From Methanothermus fervidus DSM 2088 (lineage in GTDB: Archaea > Methanobacteriota > Methanobacteria > DSM-2088 > Methanothermaceae), in contig CP002278.1 in assembly GCA_000166095.1 (NCBI GenBank), positions 870,001-902,000 on the forward strand: a DNA stretch of 32,000 bases, written 5' to 3'. The notes under the pieces are model-generated. The model was not told where the DNA came from, searched no databases, and was given only the letters and a program-made list of their open reading frames with translations. Of the stretch, positions 9,410 to 16,966 are shown piece after piece. The position numbers were made by a program, and so were the translations under genes. Position 1 is the stretch's first letter. Each line of letters opens with the position of its first letter.

Positions 9410-9667
9410 TTACTCTTTCAATGCCTCTAATTCACTTAAAACTTCCCATATCAATGTTCTAGCATGTACAGGAATATTAGGATCATTACTAATTTCGTCC
9501 AAAATCGATATAACGCTACTTGTCCTTACACTCAATTCTTCTTCTTCATTATTTAAAATTTCTTTTGATTCTTCAGCGGCTCTTCTAATATTTCGAGGTA
9601 TACTCGTATCATTAACAATATTATCTAATATTTCATTAACATGTTGAATTGTTTCTTTCTCACTCAT
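9410..9667 (-). CDS. UPF0147-family small helical protein
   Basis: Start moved to ATG 9667 ([10 protein letters not shown]...), which follows GGGAGGT at proper spacing. 85 aa. [11 protein letters not shown] and [18 protein letters not shown] resemble the archaeal UPF0147 family from memory. Confidence 0.7.
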   Translation of the reverse strand: MSEKETIQHVNEILDNIVNDTSIPRNIRRAAEESKEILNNEEEELSVRTSSVISILDEISNDPNIPVHARTLIWEVLSELEALKE

Positions 9668-10013
9668 GGATAGACCTCCCAAAAAATAATATATATCTAA
9701 GATTCTCATTACTTAGCAAAGATATATAATTTGCTGAGACTTTACTCACAAGATACGTTTTTAATAAAAAGTACAAATTTTTAGCTTCTAATACTTTTTA
9801 ATGAATCCTGGAACACTGAGGAATTTATGATTCACAGACCTATTATTGTTAGTAGTAGTTTTTAATTGATAAATATAAAAAGCTTTCGTAACAGATCTTT
9901 TTTGGTTATAAAAACTAAATTTTTTATAAATATGGAAATAAACAAATTATAATGTTACTTTATGTGAACTATTTTTTTAACTCTCCACATATAGAAGGAA
10001 ACAAAGTGATTTG

Positions 10014-11189
10014 ATGGTTGTAGTTATTGGATCGGGGGCAGGCGGTGCAACTGTAGCTAGAGAATTATCAAAAGCAGGAATAGATGTCAAAATATTGGAA
10101 AAAGGACCATATATTTCACCAAAGGAAGCATATAAATGTTATGAGAAGGATGATAAAGTTTTAAGGACTTCTTGTGTAGGTGGAACAACATTAGTATCAA
10201 TGGGAAATGCTCTAAGGACTTTAGAAGATGAACTTCTCAAATATGGTATAGATTTATCAAATGAATTTAGAGAACTTGAAAAAGAATTATCTATTTCACC
10301 ACTTCCAGATTCTCATTTTGGTAAAGGTACAAAAATGCTTATGGATGCTGCTAAATCTTTAAATCTTCCTGTTAAAAAAATGCCAAAATTTATAGACCCA
10401 AACAAATGTGAACCATGTGGCAAATGTCCATTTGGTTGTCCAAAAGATGCAAAATGGACATCTTTGAATTATATAAATGAATCTTTGAAATATGGGGCAA
10501 AGTTATATTCTAATACTGTAGTTAAAAAAATACTTGTTAAAAATGATGAAGTTTGCGGTGTATTAACAAATAAAGGGAAAATAAAAGACAAAAATGTTGT
10601 TGTCGCTGCGGGCGCAATAGAAACTGCAAAATTACTTAAAAAAGTGGGTATAAAAGCTGGTGAAAAATTTTTTATGGATACTTTTATTACAGTTGGAGGT
10701 ATTCTCAAATCAATAAATTTTCATAAAGAAGTCCAAATGAACATGTTCATTGAGATGGATAAATACATTTTGTCTCCACATTTTTCAACATTGCTTAGAG
10801 ATAAGTTAAAATGTAAAAACAAGGATATAATCGGGATAATGGTCAAAATTAAGGATGACAGTTGTGGTAAAATTAAAAATAAAAAAATTATAAAGTATCA
10901 TACAGAGAATGACATAGAAGCATTATGCGATGGTAGTGTACTGGCTACATCATTACTTGAAAAAATTGGAGTATCTCCTAACACTATCGTATCAACAATT
11001 CCTCGAGGTGCTCATCCTGGAGGAACAGCCCCAATTGGAGAAGTAGTAGACAACAACCTCCAGACTAAAATTTCAGGTTTATATGTTGCTGATGCAAGTG
11101 TATTACCTGAATCTCCTGGTGCACCGCCTATTTTAACTATAATGGCCCTTGCAAAACGGCTTTCTAAATATTTATTGAATTCATTATGA
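10014..11189 (+). CDS. GMC-family FAD-dependent oxidoreductase
   Basis: N-terminal dinucleotide fold VVVIGSGAGGATVARELSKAG. C-terminal GMC signature GLYVADASVLPESPGAPPILTIMALA. Internal CX2CX2CX3CP motif (CEPCGKCPFGCP). Confidence 0.75.
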   Translation: MVVVIGSGAGGATVARELSKAGIDVKILEKGPYISPKEAYKCYEKDDKVLRTSCVGGTTLVSMGNALRTLEDELLKYGIDLSNEFRELEKELSISPLPDSHFGKGTKMLMDAAKSLNLPVKKMPKFIDPNKCEPCGKCPFGCPKDAKWTSLNYINESLKYGAKLYSNTVVKKILVKNDEVCGVLTNKGKIKDKNVVVAAGAIETAKLLKKVGIKAGEKFFMDTFITVGGILKSINFHKEVQMNMFIEMDKYILSPHFSTLLRDKLKCKNKDIIGIMVKIKDDSCGKIKNKKIIKYHTENDIEALCDGSVLATSLLEKIGVSPNTIVSTIPRGAHPGGTAPIGEVVDNNLQTKISGLYVADASVLPESPGAPPILTIMALAKRLSKYLLNSL

Positions 11190-11367
11190 TGAATCTCTAA
11201 TTCTAAATAATTTTTAATAAAAGTAAAGTAAGTTTGATATCCACGATAAAAACCGAAAAATATATATAGGGACGAATTCTGGATATTTTGGAGTGTTTAG
11301 ACCCTGAAAGAACAATTAAAAAAGAAAAAGAGGAGGAAGTTATATTAAGCGAAAATCGCCGTATAGT

Positions 11368-12255
11368 GTGCCGCTTGCACTTATATTGGCATTAGTATGT
11401 GTAAGTGGCGCACATGCTATAGATGATACAAACATGACAAAAACGCCAAAAGATGTTGGTAATTTATTTTTAAATGACAAAAATTCTAAAATAAATAGTG
11501 TTTTGGATGGAGCATCTAAAGCCTATGATTTTATAAATGAAAAAAACAGTGTTCCAGATTGTTTAGAAACTTCTGATGGTGAAACTGTTAAAAAACCACA
11601 ATTTATACATCTAATGGCAAAAACAATACTCTATTTAGACGATCCAACACAAAATGAAATTGTGGAAAATGACTTCAACAACAATATAAAACCAGCTTCC
11701 ACACCTTATTATGGTACTAGTTATTGTGAACTTAAAAAAACTGAATATCTAGATATAGCAAAGAGACTTGTGAATTTTGTTGAGAAGAACAAAAGGTTGC
11801 CAAACTATGTTAGTACCAAATCAGGGAAAATAGGATGTGATCTATTATTTCCAGTCTTTTCAAATGTATTGACCACATACAAAAATACAGGAGAATTGCC
11901 AGAAAATATAAAAATTTGTTTAGCAGATAAATATCAGGTTATTGGTCAAATAATGATGAAAGCAGCAAAATACAGATACATTAGTGGAATTAGCACTCTT
12001 GAAGAGTTTTTAAGGGCAGGTGGAGGCGACTGCTGGGCTATGAGTGAATATTTATTTAATGAACTTACAAAAGCTGGAATAAAGGCTAGAATAATTCAAT
12101 ATGCAACTGCTTATGCGCCAAACCACAGAACTGTACAATATTTCAAAGATGGACGGTGGATTGACCTCCCATACAGAAGTTACCCAATAAATATGCTGTT
12201 TTGGAATACCTACAGTAAGCCATGCATGTGTGTAATAAAAGTAAACAACTGCTAA
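11368..12255 (+). CDS. Secreted protein with two pseudomurein-binding repeats and a transglutaminase-like Cys-His-Asp domain (Pei-like)
   Basis: Signal-like N-terminus (LALILALVCVSGAHA). Two PMBR-like units (...NSVPDCLETSDGETVKKPQFIHLMAKTILYL; YLDIAKRLVNFVEKNKRLPNYVSTKSGKIGCDLLFPVF). C-terminal GGGDCWAMSEYL ... NHRTVQY ... WIDLPY gives a C/H/D triad order. The start codon is uncertain (see findings). Confidence 0.7.
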   Translation: MPLALILALVCVSGAHAIDDTNMTKTPKDVGNLFLNDKNSKINSVLDGASKAYDFINEKNSVPDCLETSDGETVKKPQFIHLMAKTILYLDDPTQNEIVENDFNNNIKPASTPYYGTSYCELKKTEYLDIAKRLVNFVEKNKRLPNYVSTKSGKIGCDLLFPVFSNVLTTYKNTGELPENIKICLADKYQVIGQIMMKAAKYRYISGISTLEEFLRAGGGDCWAMSEYLFNELTKAGIKARIIQYATAYAPNHRTVQYFKDGRWIDLPYRSYPINMLFWNTYSKPCMCVIKVNNC

Positions 12256-12493
12256 TTTCCCCCTCTTTTTATTTTTTAACTATTTACCATGTATCAGCAT
12301 TGATGGATTTTTAACAATCATTGTTCCAGATATTTAAATGGGATATCCACCAAGGATTATTGTTTTTGTTTCATTTGGCTTTAGAGTTATTGTTAATTCC
12401 TTATACCTGACTTTAATTCCATTAACCGGATTTGTGATGTAATATTTTTTATGCATTAATCTCTATAAGTTTTCTCAAATATAAAAAAATTCT

Positions 12494-13612
12494 ATGAAAC
12501 TATTGATAGTTGGTATAAATACTAGGCCAATAGCTCATGCTGCCTATAATCTGGGTCATGAGGTATATTCTGTCAGCTATTATTGTCCTATAGATTTCAA
12601 AGCTTACAAAGATAGAAAATGCATTTTAAAGTATAAACCATTTAAATCCTGTGGAAAATTATCGGAACGTTTTAAAGAAAGATATTTAGAAGAAATGTCC
12701 AAAGAATGGATAGATAAAGTAGATTATATAATTCCATATACAGGTGCTCCTGTCAACAGCTACCCACAAAGAAAAATCTTAGGAAATAACAAAATAGAAA
12801 AAATAGAAAATAAATATAAATTGTATAAAATTCTTAGAAAACATTTTAACGTGCCAAAAACATATTTATTGTCGGATATTGATGAAGCTAAAGAAATAAT
12901 TAATAATCATCCAAATAAGAAATTCCTAATAAAACCTGTGAAAGGTTCTGGTGGTTATGGGATATTCCATGCCAACAATTTTTCAAATAATTTTGGCAAT
13001 AAAAAATTCTTATTACAAGAATACATAGATGGCGTTGACGTCAGTGCTTCTGTAATTAGTAATGGAAAAGAAGCTAAAACTATTTTTACGAGTAATCAAT
13101 TATTAAATTTAAATGTAGCAGGATGGGAAGGACATTTTATTTATGAAGGCAACATAGTGCCTTCAATTTATGAAAATGAAAAAATGAAAAATATTGCAGA
13201 AAATGTTATTAAAAAACTTTCGTTGGTGGGATCTAATGGTGTAGATATGGTAATGACACATGACAAAATTTATGTTATTGAAGTTAATCCCAGGTTGCAA
13301 GGAACATTTGAATGTGCAGAATTACTAGGTATAAATGTTCTTGATGCGCATATAAAGGCATGTAAGGAGGGTATCTTAATAGATAGGATGAATATTAATG
13401 AAATAGCCATTAAAAAAATAATATATGCTAAAAATAAATTATTTGTGAAAAATACTGATTTTCCAAAAAATGTTCATGATATTCCTGCTAAGAATGTCAT
13501 AATAGAAAAAGGAGAACCTGTTGTTACCATTCTTTCAAAGGCTAAAAAACTTAAGACCGCAGTTAATAAATTAAATAAAACTAAAGAAATAATAAACAAA
13601 AATTTAAAGTAA
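12494..13612 (+). CDS. ATP-grasp superfamily ligase
   Basis: 372 aa. Gly-rich loop LIKPVKGSGGYGI, then QEYIDGVDVS, and the Mg/ATP motif VIEVNPR. Substrate unknown. Confidence 0.7.
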   Translation: MKLLIVGINTRPIAHAAYNLGHEVYSVSYYCPIDFKAYKDRKCILKYKPFKSCGKLSERFKERYLEEMSKEWIDKVDYIIPYTGAPVNSYPQRKILGNNKIEKIENKYKLYKILRKHFNVPKTYLLSDIDEAKEIINNHPNKKFLIKPVKGSGGYGIFHANNFSNNFGNKKFLLQEYIDGVDVSASVISNGKEAKTIFTSNQLLNLNVAGWEGHFIYEGNIVPSIYENEKMKNIAENVIKKLSLVGSNGVDMVMTHDKIYVIEVNPRLQGTFECAELLGINVLDAHIKACKEGILIDRMNINEIAIKKIIYAKNKLFVKNTDFPKNVHDIPAKNVIIEKGEPVVTILSKAKKLKTAVNKLNKTKEIINKNLK

Positions 13613-13619
13613 GATTACT

Positions 13620-14048
13620 ATGCGAGATTTAGATAAATTAGGTAGGATCTTAAAAAAAGAAATATTGAGTCTTAATCGCCACGTGCCAAAACGTAGAAAA
13701 ACCTTAAAGGAATTACTTGAAGAAAAAAAGCCACATGTTATTGGTTTAAATGGGAAAAGACACAGATTCAAAAAAAATGAATTAAAGCTTATTGCTTCTA
13801 TTTTATCTCCTGAGGAATATGAAAAGATCAAACTTCCAATATATCTTGAAATGGGTACATCAACATCGGGGATAAGGATTAGAGGGAAATTAGAGTCCCG
13901 TGTCATATTATATGTACTTGGCAAAGAAAAAGAGATAGATGAACTTAAGAATAAAAATGAAATCTACATATATAAACCAGAGCTTAGAATTGTAAGACAA
14001 AAACTTCCAACCACTACACAATACATCTTTGTAACAAAAGGTGTTTAA
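13620..14048 (+). CDS. Small basic conserved archaeal protein (UPF0216/DUF61-like)
   Basis: 142 aa, starts 7 nt after the ATP-grasp stop. LNRHVPKRRKTLKELLEEKKPHVIGLNGKRHRFKKNEL resembles UPF0216 from memory. Confidence 0.55.
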   Translation: MRDLDKLGRILKKEILSLNRHVPKRRKTLKELLEEKKPHVIGLNGKRHRFKKNELKLIASILSPEEYEKIKLPIYLEMGTSTSGIRIRGKLESRVILYVLGKEKEIDELKNKNEIYIYKPELRIVRQKLPTTTQYIFVTKGV

Positions 14049-14049
14049 A

Positions 14050-14205
14050 ATGTATAAAGATCCATTGACTGAACTTTTAGAGGATCCTGATAAAAGAGCT
14101 AAGCTATCCGTAATATTTGTTGGATTAGTAATTCTTTCCACAGTAATGATTGTTTCGGGCATGATTATTTTTATATACCTGTTACTTAAGAAATATGGTT
14201 ACTAG
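14050..14205 (+). CDS. Unlisted 51-aa single-pass membrane peptide (putative)
   Basis: ATG 14050 is 1 nt after the previous stop. MYKDPLTELLEDPDKRAKLSVIFVGLVILSTVMIVSGMIIFIYLLLKKYGY has one clear TM helix flanked by basic residues. The stop abuts the SD of the next gene. It is below the ORF-track size cutoff. Confidence 0.35.
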   Translation: MYKDPLTELLEDPDKRAKLSVIFVGLVILSTVMIVSGMIIFIYLLLKKYGY

Positions 14206-14214
14206 GTGATAAAA

Positions 14215-15375
14215 ATGAAAAAGATAATTGCATTTGTAATTTTAATTATTGCTGGATCACTATTAGCATTTAGTTTTTTTACCAGTAAAAATACGAGTAA
14301 ATCATTATTTGAAGATATAGAAACAGATCCTGCACATGCTTCATACATAATTTTAGGTGCCTCTTACATAAAAGTTCCAAAAGGCGCAACAGTTGTTACA
14401 CAAGTTGATAGGGTGATAAGAGATAAATCATCAAGATACAATGTCAATGTTCCACCAAATCACATTCCAAAATCTCCTAAAGAACTTGTACCTTGGATGG
14501 AAGGAGCAAGAGTTGCAGAATTAATGAAATATGCTAATGTTAAAGTTATACCAGCCACTGGTGTAGTTATTAAGAAAATTAATGGAACATGGTATGGACC
14601 AGATGAAAAAGGAAATTATATATTTGAAGTAGATCCAAGTAAAGCAGGCCCGCCATTTTCCAAGAAAATAAATGAAAACACAGCAATAGAAATTGACACT
14701 CATGGTATGAACGTCATGGTACCCACTGCCATAAAAGAGCATGCATTTTTAGTTATTGCATGTGGAGATTTGATTGGTAAAGCCAAAGCAGAGATGTACA
14801 TGGCAAAAAGAGGTATAAATTGTTATGCAGTATGTGATAGATATACACCTTATTGTTTAGGTTATCAAGGGCCAGGTGTCATTCTTGGTGGTGCCCCTAT
14901 AAGACCTATTAAAGAAGGAGCAATCATAGGTGCTCAACCAGTATATATAAACACCAAAGAATTAATAGTGGCACAAACAACTCATGTAGCTTACCCATAC
15001 CAATACTGTGATACTCCAGCAAGATTTTTCAACATGTTACAAAAGAAATATGGAATAAAATTAAATGTAAAGATTGTAGATTCAACAAATGCTGTGAAAG
15101 TCGTTGAAGAAGCAGAAAAAACAGGTGCAAATGTTATTGGTGTCAGAGTTGTTACATATCAAGATAAAAAGGCTGTTGAAAAATGGCTGAAAGAAAATCC
15201 TAACCATAGGGCAATATTGTTCCACTCTGCAGCATATGAACCTGGGTACAAATTATTCTTTGAGTTTCCACAACAAGTCACTGGTCAGGATCCAAGACCA
15301 ATATTTGTAAAAGACATCCCAATTGAAGAATTACAGAAAAAATTGGAAGAGATAAGAAAACTATGGACAACATAA
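14215..15375 (+). CDS. N-terminally membrane-anchored / exported protein, function unknown
   Basis: ATG 14215 lies 4 nt after AGGTGAT; the track start GTG 14206 lies inside the SD. MKKIIAFVILIIAGSLLAFSFF is a signal or anchor. No recognised catalytic motif in the roughly 360-aa ectodomain. Confidence 0.6.
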   Translation: MKKIIAFVILIIAGSLLAFSFFTSKNTSKSLFEDIETDPAHASYIILGASYIKVPKGATVVTQVDRVIRDKSSRYNVNVPPNHIPKSPKELVPWMEGARVAELMKYANVKVIPATGVVIKKINGTWYGPDEKGNYIFEVDPSKAGPPFSKKINENTAIEIDTHGMNVMVPTAIKEHAFLVIACGDLIGKAKAEMYMAKRGINCYAVCDRYTPYCLGYQGPGVILGGAPIRPIKEGAIIGAQPVYINTKELIVAQTTHVAYPYQYCDTPARFFNMLQKKYGIKLNVKIVDSTNAVKVVEEAEKTGANVIGVRVVTYQDKKAVEKWLKENPNHRAILFHSAAYEPGYKLFFEFPQQVTGQDPRPIFVKDIPIEELQKKLEEIRKLWTT

Positions 15376-15403
15376 CTTTTTGCCAATGTTGGATGGATAA
15401 TCC

Positions 15404-16417
15404 ATGCGTGTCATGATAATTTCAATAACAGAACAAGGGGAAAAAATAGCAGACAAGATATATAATAAATTTAAAAATGATCCCAGAGTTATCAAAGTAA
15501 GCAAATTCCACAAAAACGTCAAATCAGTGCTAAAAAAATATTTTAAAGAATATGATGTAATTATAGGAATAATGGCAACTGGAATCATGGTAAGAAGTAT
15601 TGTAAACCTTTTGTCAAAAAAATATAAAGATCCTGGTGTAATAGTTATAGATGATGCAGGTAAAAATGTTATAAGTCTTTTATCTGGACATTTAGGCGGT
15701 GCAAACGAATTAACAAAAGAAATAGCAGAAATAATAAATGCAAATCCAGTTATAACGACGTCTACCGATGTACATGGATTTGTTGGGATAGATTCTTTAG
15801 CAAAAAAATATTATTGGAAAATATTAAATCCAGAACTAATAGTTGAGTTTAATAGTGCAATTCTAAAAAATAAAACTATTAAATTATTATCTCGAAAAAA
15901 TTTAAGATATATATTTAAAAATCCTAAAATTAGTAGATCATATTCATGGGAAATGGCAGATGTAGATGGAATACAGGCAATTTTAAATAATAAAAAATTA
16001 AAAATGGTTCCTCTCAACTTAGTTATTGGAATAGGAACAAAGAAAAATATTGAAAAAAGAAAAGTAATAGAAGCAATAAATGATGCAGTTGAGATATTAA
16101 AAATTGATATTAAAAGAATAGACGCATTGGCCACTGGAGAAATGAAAAAAAATGAAGTTGGACTGCTGGACACTGCAAAAGAATTAAATTTACCTCTTTT
16201 ACTTGTTAAAAAAGAAGAATTAAAAAATAAAAATTACCCATCTGACTCAAAATTTGTAAGAAAAAAATTTGGCATTGGTAGTGTATGTGAGCCTGCTGCT
16301 CTTCATGTCGCTGGAAAAAACTCACAACTTATTTTAAGAAAAATTACAAGAGATGGCGTAGCTGTTGCTGCAGCAGTAGGAGAAGGAAACTTGAAAGGAA
16401 ATAAGGTGACATCATGA
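15404..16417 (+). CDS. cbiG: Cobalt-precorrin-5A hydrolase CbiG
   Basis: 337 aa. The N-terminal CbiG domain (GIMATGIMVRSI, ISLLSGHLGGANELT, TTSTD) and C-terminal domain (VIGIGTKKN ... GIGSVCEPAAL) match the family from memory. Confidence 0.85.
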   Translation: MRVMIISITEQGEKIADKIYNKFKNDPRVIKVSKFHKNVKSVLKKYFKEYDVIIGIMATGIMVRSIVNLLSKKYKDPGVIVIDDAGKNVISLLSGHLGGANELTKEIAEIINANPVITTSTDVHGFVGIDSLAKKYYWKILNPELIVEFNSAILKNKTIKLLSRKNLRYIFKNPKISRSYSWEMADVDGIQAILNNKKLKMVPLNLVIGIGTKKNIEKRKVIEAINDAVEILKIDIKRIDALATGEMKKNEVGLLDTAKELNLPLLLVKKEELKNKNYPSDSKFVRKKFGIGSVCEPAALHVAGKNSQLILRKITRDGVAVAAAVGEGNLKGNKVTS

Positions 16418-16965
16418 TGAAGAAAATTGTAAAGTATGCACACTATTTACATAGGAAGGGTTTTACTGCTGGCAATGCTGGAAACATAAGTGTCTTATAT
16501 AGAAATAAAATTATGGATGTTGTTGCCATTACATCTAGTGGTTCATGCTTAGGAACAATTAGTGAAGATGAAATTGTATTGTTAGATCTTGATGGGAATG
16601 TGATATCTGGCAAAAAACCTTCATCTGAACTACATTTACATATGAACCTTTATAAAATAAGGGATGATATAAATGCTATAGTTCATACTCATCCTCCTTA
16701 TACAGTAGCACTAACAATGAAAGATATTAGAATCGAAAGACCAGAAGGTGTTCCTGGAAATAAAAAATTTTTAGAAGAAATTCCATATTATAGACCTGGG
16801 AGTATTGAGTTGGCAAATGCATGTTCAAAAAAATTAAAAAAAGAAAAAATTTTAGTATTGAAGAAGCATGGTTTAGTTACATGCGGATCTTCACTAGAAG
16901 AAGCTGTGAATTTAACAGAATTAGTAGAAAATGCGGCTAAAATAACTTATATATCATCTCAATAG
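16414..16965 (+). CDS. Class II aldolase/adducin-family protein (FucA-like)
   Basis: 183 aa, overlaps the cbiG stop (ATGA). GNAGNIS, PSSELHLH and the zinc-ligand motif VHTHPPY. Methanogen FucA homologues are linked to lactaldehyde supply for F420 (established for MJ1418; not shown here). Confidence 0.72.
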   Translation: MMKKIVKYAHYLHRKGFTAGNAGNISVLYRNKIMDVVAITSSGSCLGTISEDEIVLLDLDGNVISGKKPSSELHLHMNLYKIRDDINAIVHTHPPYTVALTMKDIRIERPEGVPGNKKFLEEIPYYRPGSIELANACSKKLKKEKILVLKKHGLVTCGSSLEEAVNLTELVENAAKITYISSQ

Positions 16966-16966
16966 T

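Noticed and set aside
11186-11262. AUGAUGA overlapping the stop of the GMC oxidoreductase, followed by CUAA, UUGAUAU and CCGA at a 12-nt spacing
   Set aside because: Three of the four boxes are degenerate and the D'-to-C' linker is about 27 nt. It is most likely chance in AT-rich DNA.
12334-12456. 40-codon minus-strand ORF ([40 protein letters not shown]) in the 238-bp gap before the ATP-grasp gene
   Set aside because: No SD or motif. The beta-strand-like sequence might be a fragment of a surface protein, but I cannot substantiate this.
15811-16173. 120-aa minus-strand ORF inside cbiG. Similar shadow ORFs: 3055-3339, 3358-3663, 13604-13924, 13908-14162, 17253-17498, 18174-18536, 21908-22171, 23346-23674, 27230-28132, 30169-30387, 31094-31297
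   Set aside because: All lie antisense to or overlapping ORFs with clear family motifs. None has a motif or ribosome-binding site. They are treated as shadow frames.
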